The translations under genes were made by a program, and so were the position numbers. Of a DNA stretch of 50,920 bases, positions 22,822 to 35,680 are shown in pieces. The notes under the pieces are model-generated. The model searched no databases and was not told the DNA's origin. It was given only the letters and a program-made list of their open reading frames with translations. Origin of the DNA: Chromera velia (Eukaryota); contig JAHBMJ010000311.1 in assembly GCA_018398765.1 (NCBI GenBank), positions 1-50,920 of the forward strand, written 5' to 3'. Each line of letters opens with the position of its first letter. Positions within the stretch are counted from its first letter, which is position 1.

Positions 22822-25800
22822 AAAAAAGAAAAGAAAAGAAAAGAAAAGAAAGAAAGAAAGGAAGGAAGGAAGGAAAGAAAGAAAGAAAGAAAGGAAGAAA
22901 GAAAGAAAGAAAGGAAGAAAGAAAGAAAGAAAGAAAGAAAAGAAGAAAAGAAAGGAAGAAAGGAAGAAAGGAAGGAAGAAAGAAAGAAAGAAAGGAAGAA
23001 AGGAAGAAAGAAAATACAGGAGGGTAGGTGTACACCCCACCCACCCTCGAAGGAGGACCGACAGACCGAGAAACCAACCTGATTTCCCGTTTCAGTCGAC
23101 TCCTTCTGTTTCATCAACTGTGAAAGAGAGACCGCCTCGTTCTCCACCGAATCGAGACGCCTCTCCACGGAACTCTGCATCTCCCCGGAGTTCTGCCGGC
23201 ACAGGAAGGAACAAACGAGGCATTCAGCAGGCAGAATTGCTTACAGGAAGACTTTGAACAAATCTGTATGATTTTCTTTCTGTCGCCGGCCCGTCGTTCA
23301 CAATCTTGAAGCCGATTCTCATCGCTGAAAAAGGTTTTTGTTTTGCACTTCCTGTGCAGGACCCACTGGTGTAACTTTTCTTCCTCTCTTCCTTCCTGAT
23401 TCTATTAATTCTGTTACACGTTTACCGTGGAAATCAGGTGAACCTTAAAAAGTTTTGCACCCCAACCTGATGGTGCATTGCAATTTTGCATTGCTTTCGG
23501 CTTTTCTGGACGTATTTGAATCCAACACACAAACAAGATCAGACTCACCTTTTCGATCTGCTGTATTTGGAATTTGAAGCCGTCCGACGATCTCTCCTGC
23601 TTGGCCACTGCCTTCGCGACCTTGCCCAGCTCTGAGGTCAACTTTTCCATGGCACCCCCTCTCTTGGCCCCCTCCCTCTCCGCCTTTCCAATGCGATCGC
23701 ACACGCCCTCCAGGCCCTTCTCCAACGCGGCGATGCTGCCACTCGTCACTGCAAGCTCGGAATCAGCTCTACTTCGCAACTCTCCGTGCGAACGCTCCTG
23801 CTCGGCCAGTCCCCTCATCAACGTCTCCGCCTGAGCACGGAGACCCCCAACGTCCCGATCCACTCGCGTGAGGGCGGCATCGTATCGCGAGGCCATCGAC
23901 TTGGCACACGCCTCCATGTCTGCATTTATTCCCATGCAGAATTCTTTATTTTGATTTATTTTCCTGGTATGAAAATAAATGCACGTATCGGGATGCCATC
24001 GACTTGGCACAAGCCTCCATGTCTGCATGCACAAATCCATCCATGCATCAATCCTTTTATTTTTCCAGCCATCCAGGCAAACAAGAAAAAACCGTCGAAG
24101 AACGACAAGTGAATTTTCTTTTCTAGGCCAATCTCAACTCCGAGCAGACAATTCATTCGCTCTCGTTAAATCAATTCCTGCCTTCCTTCCGTCCGCTCTG
24201 TCGGGCAGAGAGAGACGAAGGTCTACCCGTAGTACATCCAACCTCTCCACCCTCCGAGGTCCATTGGGTGCGTGAAACGGTCTCACAGATTCGCAACCAG
24301 AGAAATTACAGGAAGGAAAAAGAAAAAAAAAACGGAAGAGAAAAGTCGCTGACCTCTGACGCCCTCTCTGATCTTATCGTAAGAAGAGGCCTCGACCTGT
24401 TCCGCTTTCTCCTTCGCGGCCTGTGCGTCGTCCTTCGCCCTCTCCGACAGCCTTCTGGCCTCTGCCGCTGCGTCCTTCGTTGCCTCCTCTGCCCTTTTCA
24501 GAGCGTTCATGCCTGCCTTGAACTGGCCGTCTACCTCCGCCATCCGCCTGTCGACCTCCGACTTGGTGTCCTTCACCTTCTGCTGGAGCTGCACAGACAG
24601 GCAGAACAGAGAGGGAAAGAAATATCTAACGCCATGCACACACGGTTTTTATTTATCTGCAATGACTGGAGAGAGTCAAAAATGATCCTGAGCTGCCTAC
24701 GCCTTGTGTCTCAAGCACAAACCATCAGAGATGGAAGTAAGAACGGCAGATTCATTCAGCAGACAGTCAGAAAGCTTAAGTCAGTGAAGAACCAATTTTG
24801 GATCGAAAAAGCCGAACTTCTCGAGAAAGGCTGCGCAATGAAGGCACAGAAGAAAAAAGTGTTCCCTTTCAGTGTCTGGCGGATCCCGCTCTGTCACTGC
24901 ACTCCGATTGAGAGAGGAATGAAGAAGGAGAGGGTACAAAAAAAGAAACGGCAACAAGAGGGGGGACGATGCACACGTGCACACATTCATGCATTCACTA
25001 CACGCAGAAGAAGAGAGAGAAGTCACCGGCCGACCAACCTGCTGCACAGAAGCCACCGCCGCTGCCCCCTCTCTCCTTGCTGCCTGCACAGCCTGTCTGT
25101 CAGTCGCTGCCGTCTCCTCCACCCTTGCCAACCTCTTGTTGACCTCTGTAGACAACGACGCGTGGACAGACTCTAGATGGTCCAGCCTGTCTGCCCCCTT
25201 CTGAACTTCCGTCTCCAGCGAGTTCAGACTTGTGCTGTGTTTTTCTAAATGTGTTCTGGTCTCTTGGACCTGCGCGTCGAGTCTCTGCACACCCTCGGAC
25301 GCCGCGGACGCACGCTCAGCCACGAGGGCTAACTGTTGATCACACTTCCGAACAGACTCTGCAAAGGAAGAGAGACGGAACTCCAACTTGGCCAACGTCT
25401 CTTGGAAGAACGTCAAGCGCTCCTCGTGACGACTCTGCACTGTCTCCAGACGACCTGCACGGTCTCCTAAACCAGAGACGGCATTTTTGGTCTCCTCTGA
25501 GAGAGACCTCAAGGAGTCAGTCAACTCCCTTTGCACTGTCCCCAATTTTTCCCTCAAGGGTTCTATGGTGTCTGCCAGAATCTTGGCGGTGTTCTGCCTA
25601 GAGACCTCCACCGCCTCTCGCATGGCTGCTTCGGCACCTGCAGCTGCTGTTCTTTCTGCCTGGAGAATTCTTTCTCTGAAACTCTGATCGAGTCTCTGCA
25701 ATCCCGTCTCCGTCTGTTGTTTTGCCGTCTCCAGAGAAGCCTCAAGAGACGAGACGGCACTCTCAAAGCGAGAGGACAAATCTGACAGGGACACCTCGAG

Positions 25801-28268
25801 ACGTTCCGACCTTCTTGCAACCTCCGCTGTCTCCTTCTGCAACCCCGACAGCGCCCCTTCGAGCGAACACCTGACATTCTCGAGCTGCCTCTTCCCCTCC
25901 AACAGGCCCCTCTCGACAGACTCACCCAGTCTTGCGGTCTCCGCCTTCAATAGGGCGGCTGTGCTCATCAGCTGCAGTCAGAAACGATACACGTCCGGTA
26001 AGCGAGGAAGTGTGTGTGGGAGAGAGAATATGGTTATGGAGGGGAGGGGGGAGCGGATGCTCAGGGAAAGAAAGAGAGGGATACGAGCAAACGCAGAGAC
26101 CAAGCTAGAGGCAAAGCATCAACCGATACTCGAAAAAGAAAACACATCATGCGCGGAAAAGCAGAGAGTGAACATAGAAAAACGCGCGATCGGTCCAGTG
26201 GCTCCAAATGCTCTCAGTAGACAGACAAAGAGAGACTTTCAGTTTCGACCGACCGACCGACCGACCGACCGACCGACCTGCTGAGAAGCGTTGGCAGAGA
26301 TCCTCTCTTCCAATTCCTTCAATTGTCCGGGAAGTGACGCTTTGACAGAGGACACATCCTGTTCGACCTTCCCCAGCTGCTGTTTCTGCAAAGCGAGTGA
26401 AGACTGGTGTTCGATCTGCACATTCTCTGCGGTCTTCATCCGACTCCTCGTATCTGTCAACAGAGCCGGAACCTCCCCCAAACTCGCCAGAGAGGATTCC
26501 GACTTCTCTAAGCGCTCCCCGTGACTCTTCACTACTGCTTCTGCCACAGCAACGCGCTGTCGTTGTTTTTGAAGTTCGGAATCAACCATAGAAGTGATCT
26601 CTGCAGCCAAGAAGATGCACGGGAACATGAAATCCTTCATTCACGTTCCGATTTTTGAAGAACATCCATGCATGAGACTGGCTTCTTGGTTGTGAAGTTG
26701 GAAGGAAGAGAAGCCAATCCGATCTCACTCAGAAAGAGTAGGAAGGAGGAGAGAAAGAGAGAAGAGCGCTTTACATCCCACAAGGTATGGAGAAAGTAGA
26801 GTTTGTTTTTTTGTTGTCAGAAAGAAAGTTGCGTGCGTGAAGTTCTACTTCTTCAATTGTGACGCGTCATCCGCAGATCTCTCCTTCCTGATTTCTGTCT
26901 GTCTGTCCTTGGCTGAAAAAAAAACTCGATCTGCACGGCCGGGTGCGTACCTTCTGATTTTGTCCTCAAGGCGAGGGCTGTCTGGCGTTCGTTTTCTGCT
27001 ACCGCGTCTCTGGTCTCTCTCTCGACTCTGCACGCACGCATGGGAGAGGGGAGAGGGGCGGAAGAAGGGGGTGGGGGGACGTGATGCTTCATTCCATTTT
27101 TCTCTCTTTCCAAGAAGGAAGGGGAAGGTGAGAGAAGAAATGACATGTCTCGCGTCAAGAGCAGGAGGGATGAACGCAGGGAAAGGAGCTGAGAGGGATG
27201 AGGGGAAGGGAGAAAGGAAGCAGGGTGACGGCATTGTCTGTCTGCCCACCTCTCGATGTCACCTGTTTGTTGCTGCAAAGCGTCCGTGAGGGAGCTGACG
27301 TCCCTCTCCACCTGATTCATCACAGACGAGACTGCACGAACACAATCCAGGCACGCACACAGAGGGGTGGGTATACAGGCAGGAAGAGAGGTGAATGACA
27401 GTGCCTGAATCTCTGTCACACAGTTGTGTTCCCTTTCAAACTTGCATGTTCAGGAACGAAGGAAGGAAGGGAGGAAGGAAGCCTCTCGACCCCTGGACGA
27501 AACGAACAGACAGCTTTTCCTCTGGAGTGATAGACATGTGCTGGTGCTTTCAGCAGGACAGAGAGAAGGCATTAGACAAAAGACTGGATTACAAGAACCA
27601 AGCAAAATTTTGGAGGGAACGTTGGCTGGCTGTTTTTGGAGAGACGCAGGAACAAAGGAGGGAGGAACAGCAAGAGTCACCCCTGCAGCCCCAAACAGGC
27701 AGCTAGGCACACGCAGCGACTGCGAGACCGAGCTAAAGACTCACTTCCGTCTTTGATGGATTGGCGATTCAATTCGTGGCCCCTCTGAAGCTGGGAGAGC
27801 TGCAAGCAAAATCAGTGTGCCAATGCGAGGGACGGAGATTGAAGGAAAAGACAAACCAGTCGATAGAATTCATTCAAGGTGGATGGGAGATGACAAACGC
27901 CGTCCAATCATGCATCAGGACAGAGGCTGATTCAAACAACTTCCCCTTCCTCCTTCGATCTTCTCCATGCAGATCCAGCACCTCGCCAATCGGGCCGCCC
28001 ACCGAGTGACTGACTAACTGACCTGAGTCTCCACCGATCCCAGTTCCTGTGCTATCTCTGCACACGCACATACATACATACCCACACATTCAAGAAGGCC
28101 CGCAGAAAAGATGAGATAGACAAAAAGCCGACATTCAAACGGTGCCGAAGAGAAGATGAGGATGCGAACAGCACTGAAGAACACCGCGATAGAAAGAGGT
28201 TTCGCCACTTACACATGCAGACACACTCAAGTTTGCCATACACATTACCGATTCATAGATGCGAAAGA

Positions 28269-28310
<42 letters not shown>

Positions 28311-31300
28311 CTTTTTGTTGCTCCCTGTGATACTCTCAAATACCCACAAGACACACGCTCACGGAAGGTGTCCCTACCCTACTTCGATGTCAAAGCACCT
28401 AACAAAACAGGACATCCGGGAGAAATGGTGGTGCAAAACGAAGAAATCTCTCTTGGGTCAACGTACAGCAAACACTACGGAAAGAGCCTACAGGGAGTCC
28501 CCCGCGCTCTCTCTGACCTTTCTTTTGCAGCTTCTGCAGGCAGGCAAAAGGGACAACAACGGAAGGCAGGCAGACAGGGAGGAGATACAACAGCATGAAA
28601 GAAGAAGGTCATGCCACCAAAGTCCAATCTACATTCAGGCCACTCATACAGTCACTGAACAAACACACTCAGGGCCCACAGTCCGAACGGAGAAACACAA
28701 CTAGCTGTACGGGCAAAAAGTGACACGCCAGAAAAAAAGGGAAGCGAACAAGGAGCGAAAGGAGTGAAAAGAAAGACCTAGCTGTCCTCCCTGGTGTGTC
28801 CCCTTTCGCACTCTCTTTCGCCCATGCATCCCCGATTTCCTTCCCCCCCCAACCTGATTGACTCAAATGACTAATGACTGACCATTTCCTCTGCAACTTC
28901 CTGTACTGTCTCTTCAATCCATCGTCTCGTCTCCTTTGCCCCCTCCTCTACAGTCTCTCGGAGAGACACCGACTCCTCCTGCAGACCCCCAGCGCACTCC
29001 CGAATCTCCATACGCAGACTCTGCACACAAGAACAAACAGACAAACAGGTGCATAATCCATCCATCATTAGCCACACTCAATTTCAGACGCCCAAAAAAG
29101 ACCGATGTCGTATGAATTCAACCTGTTGACACACACTCCCTTGAGGTAAGAAAAAACAAACAGAATCCTGCTCGAATCGGATCACTGACTGACCGCCAGT
29201 TTGCTGTCCAGAGCCCCCTTCAGTTCCTCCTGTGCCCCCCTCCATCTCCTGGACTCTTCTTGAATCTTCCCATGAAGCTCGTCCAGTCGCCTCTGTACAG
29301 GAAGGGTCACTCCGTTCATTCCCCCCGCCCCGTCCCCGTCCCTCTCCAGACCCAGACGTCGAAGGGAGGAGTGGGCAGCCTGCGCCCCCACACTCACGGA
29401 CACACAGGGCACTCCCGCTTGCGGAGGGGGGGGGGAGACGGGGGGGGTAGACCCAAGCACGTCGTGCTTGGGAGCCTGCATGTCAGAAGAACGTGGATGC
29501 GTGTATGTATACGCATGCATGAATGTGCATGTACATGATTATTTGGATATATCTGTATGGGCCTTCGCACTATTTTTGGGTCGGAGGGGGGGCGGGGGGG
29601 GGCGGGGGGGGGAAAGATCTTGATCAGCAGAAAAGTGGTTGAGAGAGGAAAAGTGCAAAGCCCTCGCAAAGGATTCGGAAGGCTGGAGGGAGGGTGGAGA
29701 TAAATCAATACAGAAAAACGGAGTGAAAGAAGAAAGAGCTAAAGACTCGATGGAGCAGAATTTTTTTTCCGTGTTGTGGAAAGTCGTTGGATTGAATAAG
29801 TGGTGTCAGAACCTCCAAACACAAGAGCAAAAGCAAGAGCCCTGCTGGAGGATTTACTGACCAATGCGTTGACTCTCTTTGTCAACTCCTTCTGTTGTGT
29901 AGCGGCCGCGTGTTGCTGTTCTCTGAGACGGTCCAGGTCGACCTTCGATTTCTGGTGAGTCGCCGTCAGCTCTCGTAGCTGCACTCAAGAAAGGTGGAAG
30001 GAAGGAGGTTCTAGCAAAAAGTGTTGATGAAACCTACACATCCACGTGTGACTTTCTCTTTTTCTGTCTTCTGCTCTCGCCCTAACTGTCTTTATGGTCA
30101 ACCTGTCCCCCTTCCCTTCTCCAACAATGAACCTGGCCTGACGCTACCCATTCTTTGTTCTCGGAGCAGGAAAAGGAAAGTGAGAGAGAAGATTCAGGGA
30201 AAAACAAAGAAAAGGAGTCAAATATGCCCTGTCTGCCTCCCTCCCATCCCTCTCTCCGACCCACACAAACAAGGAAAGAAATACAAACAGACAGATAAAC
30301 ACAAAAAAGAACAAAAGAAAGGAAAGAAAGAACGACAAAGCAAAAAAAAGAGACGAGACGCACCTCCCTGTCTGTCTCAGTCTTCCACCCATGAGATTCC
30401 ACCACTGCAGCCCGTGTGCTCTCCATAAACTCCCCCAATCTCCTATCGATCCTCCCCAGCCTCCTCTCTTGTTCCCTCAGACTGCGCTCAGTCGAGGCTT
30501 CCACCTCCCGCAGCCGCTGTTGTAGACCCGCCCCCAGGACCCCCTCTCCCTCCTCACCCCTACTCTTCACCCCAGACAATAGAGACCCCCCCCCGGCAGA
30601 CAGAGGCCTCATTTTCTCCTGCTGGTGCTGCTGCTGCTGGGTGTTGGTTCGACCACACAAGGCTGCGAACGGAACAGCACGGGGTGGGGGGGACCCGGCC
30701 AGACTCCGCACACGAGAGGGACTCAGGGGGGCCGACGCTGCCCCCGCAGAATCGCCCCATACGCCCTCACCCCCCCCACCCCCCACAGGGGACGGACACA
30801 CAGTCCCCGCAGTTGTCGACCGGATGGCCGCAGATGGCCCGCCCCCTGTGACCATGCCGCCAGCTGAGGTGACTGCGGCGGCAAGGAGCATTTGAGAGGG
30901 GAGGGCTGCAGAGCGGGGAGTCGTTGGAGATGGAGCAGCCCCAGGGAGGGGGTGTGCACCCATGGCGGCCAGTTTGGCTGTATCGACCTGTCTCTGTAGA
31001 GAGGAGCAACGCTCAGAGAGACCCTCGAGGCCTTCGGAAACTTGCTTTTCTGTGGCTTCACCGCGTGCTGTGATTTCTTCTCTCACACGCTCGAGGGTCA
31101 TGTCGATATGCTCATGTGAGGCCTCTCGCACGGAGTCGATGATTTCTCTGAGAGCCTTCACAGACGCCTCTCTTTCTACTCTCTCTCTGTTATTAGTCTC
31201 CTCAATCAAGGTTTGCATATGCTCTGCTAAAACTTCTAAATTGTCACATCGAGTCCGCACGGCTGCCAAATCTTCTCCCTGTGCATGCACTCGCACAGAC

Positions 31301-33489
31301 AGTCTCTGGTCAGCAGCTGCGAGGGCAGACTGCGCACGCTCTGCCCCTTCTTCCAGTGCCGTGCGGATCTGTGACGTCTCCTGTGCCTGTTGACGCTTCA
31401 CCCCTGACACCTCATCCTCGAAACGTTCTGCCACCCCTGACAGTCTCTCATTCAGTTTGTCTATCTCTGTCTGGGTCCGCGTTGCCGTCTCTGTCACCGC
31501 ACTGTGACACACAGCAATCCGGCCCTCTGCCTCTCTGTGCCCCTCTTCGAGCTGCCTCACGGCTTCCCGGACGAGTCCGATCTCTGCCTCCACCTCCTTC
31601 TCCCACCGCTCCTGTCTGGTCTCCAGTCGGTCTGCCTGGGTCTGCAGAATTTCCTTGTCGACCTCCGCACGCTTCTCGTGGTCGTCGACTCTGGCGATCA
31701 CCTCGTGCTGGTTCTCTGCGAGGCCTGTGGAATGTCATCAGACAGACAGACAGACAGACAATATGTTTCTTCTTCTTCTCCCTCTTTTTCTTCAGACAGA
31801 CAGACAGACAGACAGACAGAGGTTCTCTGCGAGGCCTGTGGAATGTCATCAGACAGACAGACAGACAGACAGAGGTTCTCTGCGAGGCCTGTGGAATGTC
31901 ATGAGACAGACAGACAGAACGGATAGAAGGAGGGAAACTTCAACTCGTGTCTGCATCTGTCTGGACATCGAGCGAGCGTACTTAAGAAACGGCCTTCCTT
32001 TCTGGAACGGTCACAAATTTGAGGGTGAAAGAAAACGAATCAGAAGGAAGGCCAGAGACAAGTGGATAGAGGTAAGCTAAGAGACCAAGCTAGATAAAGA
32101 AAGGGGAGATTGACGGACAGGGATGTGAGAGAGAACAAGCTCCTGTGCAAGTCCAGACCGACAGCCACAAAGACAATTAAACAACACACAGACAGACAGA
32201 CGAGGAAGACAGACCGTCAATGCGAGCGACAAGCTCTGCCTTGATGGAATCAGCCCTTTTCTTCACCTCCTTCTCCGCCTCCTTCCTCGCATCAGAAACA
32301 GCCAGTCTGCAGGCTCGGTCTATCCTCCCCACCTCCACGGAGGTCTGCTTCATCTGTTCCTGGAACGCGGCGATGGAGTCTGCGCTTTTCGCTGTCGAGC
32401 TTTGCTGTAGTTTCTTCACGTCCCCTATCTGAACTGCCAGCCGTTTGACGTCCCCAGAGACCATGGCGGCCCGATCTGCAGTCTGACAGGCCACCTCTGA
32501 GATGCGGGCTGTGAAGTCTGCCTGGAGTTCTTCGAGCCCTGCCTGGAGACGGAGACAGGATTCGCGTGCCTTCTTCGAGATCGTGTTGATCTCGTGGTCC
32601 AGGTCCTCTGTCCGTCTGCATGCATGCGCATTCATTCAACAAGTAAAGGCATCGAGATGAAGGATTGAAGAGGTTCGAAGATGCTTCATGCATGCATGCA
32701 CACAGAAAAACATCACCCTGCGCATTTTGTGGAGAGAAGGAGCTGACACCCTACAACGATGTGAGGCCTCCGTCTTCAGATTTCCCTGTCCCTCCTGCTG
32801 TGTACAGCTACAAAGAAGGGCAAAAGGGGCTGGCTGGTGCGAATTCGGGTCCGTGAGCCCTCAGCAAGTGCACACGGAGCACGCGTCTCGAGTACTCGAA
32901 GAGAAAACACGCAGTCGAGTCTTGAGATCCATCCAGAAGAAGAGAGAGGGACCGCTTTCGCTGCTGCAGGCACGTGCAGGGCACTAACCTCTCGTGGGTG
33001 TCTGCCATTTTCTGCACCTTGACGACCAGGTCCTGCAGTGCGCCCTTGACGTTCTCCAGCTCGCCGCCTCTTCTCCTGTCGACATGAACGTCCAACTCCG
33101 ACAAGACCTGCTGTGTGATCTTGGCAGTGAGAGACTGGACGTCATCCCTGTTGAGTACTTTGGAAGACTGGAGGGAGGTGGCCTCAACCTGCAGTGAAAA
33201 GGAAGGGGGGAGGAGAAGGGAGGCAGATGCAACGGTGTGTTCTGTTGTTTTGAGGAAGGGGGGAGCTCAGTCTGACTCTCACTGACTTGTTGTTCGAGAC
33301 GTTCGATTGCTTCTGCCTGAGCCTTCGTCTTCTTCTCCAACTGCCCAACTGTCACATTTGCATAGTACAGTTCCTTCTGTAAGGTTTCTACGGCCCCGCA
33401 AAGGGAGCTGTGACTCAGAAGGGAAGACATCTATTTGCCTGCCGAAAGGGAAATCAAGCAGAGCAACACCTGCTAAGAGACAGACTCAT
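19671..33489 (-). CDS. Large multi-exon coiled-coil protein (roughly 20 exons), function unknown
   Basis: Consecutive heptad-rich exons bounded by GT-AG, with matching phase where checked: 33470-33489, 33287-33407, 32989-33188, 32215-32615, 30364-31724, 29862-29978. Further exons at about 29190-29385, 28880-29020, 28020-28056, 27245-27330, 26875-27027, 26279-26601, 25038-25972, 24353-24589, 23550-23919, 23077-23176, 21845-21918, 20676-20731 and a last exon at about 19671-20031. Small exons and the start/stop are less certain. Confidence 0.8.
20108..20229. other. Assembly gap (N run) between (CA)n and poly-G
   Basis: Run of n characters. Confidence 1.
22010..22192. repeat. Compound (TG)/(GA)/(CA) microsatellite, intronic
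   Basis: Directly visible. Confidence 0.95.
22702..23014. repeat. (GACA)/(GAAA)/(GGAA) microsatellite, intronic
   Basis: Directly visible. Confidence 0.95.
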
Positions 33490-35111
33490 CCGAAGAACAA
33501 AATGGCGGAACTTCTTTCTAGACGTGCCACCCGCCGCATTGCATGGTGCACCTCAATGCTGTGTTCTCTGACACCTCACAGATCCTCACAGTCTGTTCGG
33601 TCATCTTACATATGCCACACACACTCTATCAATCTGGCCAGCTCCAAAGACAACCTCGTGTATATATGTGCCAAATATGTGCCAAAATGATGCGAGGACG
33701 ATCAACTGCATGCATGATCGCGCGATGCATGGCCAAAACAAAAAAATCACGCGGACTTTCCCGCATGCTTATACACGCGCGCTCGAGCGCGATTTCTTGT
33801 TTTTTTTTTTTTTCTTCATAAACTACATGTATGACACATGGGTCAAAAGTCTGAAAGCGGCTTGCAGGTTGAGAGCTATGGCATAACGGAACGACAGTTC
33901 AACGACTTGCAAGAACTACGTTGCCGGCTCATCTACCATTCGCTCTTCTTTAATTCAGAAACGCCTCTGAGGTGTGTGACTGCAGTCAGACTCCTTTTTG
34001 TGAGAAACTTCATGCAGCACTGTTGCTTCCATGTGTTGTTCGCAGGCCAAGTTGCTGCAATGCATGCGCAGCGATTCCTTCCTTCTGGAGCCACAAGAAG
34101 ACAGAACAGGTATGGCGTCTCAACTATCCTTTCCATGTTCCTTCCTTCTTGTTTGATTAGGCACTTTTTTCCAAAGCTTGAGCTCGTCCACTGTCTCTTC
34201 TACAAATCTCTCTTCTGGTCGACCCACCTGCAGGAACCACGACGAATCGGAATACGATGGACCCCTCAAAGACAAAGGCTCCCCGGCCGTCGGGTCGGGC
34301 GCATCGCCGCGCCTTGCCCTGTTCTCAATGAGTACCCGGACTATCCGATCGATCTTCCGCGCGCGTCGAGTCTCCAGAGACCCATGACGGGTAGGTTACA
34401 CTGTCCTCACAAGTGCCCACAAGTGTCTTTTGTGTGAATCTTTTTTTCGAGGGCACAAAGAATGCATGTACAGAAAGGAGATGTTTGCATGGAAGGGCAG
34501 TCCAGTATGCACGGAGAAGAAGGGGACGGGTAGCTTTGCACGCGATCGTCCTCTTCGGTCTCTTCTCTGTATGTATACACTGGCCTCATTCTCTTCCAAG
34601 AATTGAAAGGCAGGAGTCAGCTAAGTGAAAGAATGAGTGCATGTCTGGCATTGAGAGGAATGAGTCCCAAAAAGGTGAAGCACAGGTTTCGACAGAGAAG
34701 CCCTCGTCCGGTTGCGTCACGTTCAGAAGATAATCCCGGTTACCGTAGCACGCCTTAAAGTTTTTTTTGTCGCAGTCGATGAGCACGTTTAGAATTCCGT
34801 TTCGATCTTTAGGGAGTGTGGGTGCTGTGGTTACCCCGGCCCATATCTCAGTGTCCTTCTGATTGAATCGGGAACGTGTGAGTCTGTGGTGAAGGACTGC
34901 ATGTCGATCATGGCAGCCCTTGGGTTCATTCTATACAAGATCAGACATGGGCAATTAAGCGCAGTAGGTTTTTCTTTGACTCGGAGGCAAGAGAAGCTTT
35001 CATTCTGCGTTCCTTACTTCGTTCTTCTTTGATTAGGCGCTTTTCTCCAAAGCTTGAACTCGTCTACTGTCTCGCGTCTACAAATCTCTCTTCTGGTCGA
35101 TCCACCTGCAG

Positions 35112-35562
35112 GAACGAAGAGGAAGATTCCACACCAATCCCGGCGCTCTGCAAGATCAGACCATGGCTCGACAGTCCTGCTGAAGAAGACGTTGACGGCC
35201 CCCCTCCGGCTGAAAACAACTCTGGAATTTCAAACCCTGAAAGCACTGAGTCTCCAGCTGCTGAACTTTTTCAAGGTCCCCATGCTTCTGAAAGCACTCC
35301 AGCGGCTGACGGTTCTGATGCTTCCCTCTCAAAATGGCTCTTGAAGAAGTTCTTCCTCGTCGCCCTCATCACGATGGCCTTGGCGCTCCTTGTGGCGTTG
35401 TTTTATGGGGTTCTGTACATGTCACTGAGAGTACAGAATCACCCCCTTGATCAACAGAACCACCCCCTGGATCAACAGAACCACCCCTTGGATCAACAGA
35501 ACCACCCTCTGGATCAACAGAACCACCCCCTGGATCAACAAAACCACCCCCCGGATCAATAG
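35112..35562 (+). CDS. Putative terminal exon of a small single-pass membrane protein with (NHPLDQQ)n tail
   Basis: The acceptor CCACCTGCAG|GAAC precedes an acidic Pro/Ser-rich stretch and a TM segment FFLVALITMALALLVALFYGVLYM. No homology recognised. Upstream exons are unresolved. Confidence 0.45.
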
Positions 35563-35680
35563 AACCACCCCTTGCATCAACACAACGGTCAGAACCACCC
35601 CCTGGATCAATAGAACCACCCCCTGGATCAACAGAACCACCCCCTGGATCAATAGAATCGCCCGCTGGATCAACAGGACA
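35434..35680 (+). repeat. 21-bp minisatellite (CAGAACCACCCCCTGGATCAA), about 11 units
   Basis: Directly visible. It continues past the stop at 35560. Confidence 0.95.

Noticed and set aside
22012..23257. Long ORFs of RE/HT/CV/FLS/KKER repeats (also 38273-38908, 41414-43183, 48905-49638)
   Set aside because: These are translations of microsatellites with no coding evidence.
35434..35680. CRISPR-like array (also the array at 50560-50852)
   Set aside because: Units are contiguous or degenerate with no unique spacers, there are no cas genes, and the context is eukaryotic.
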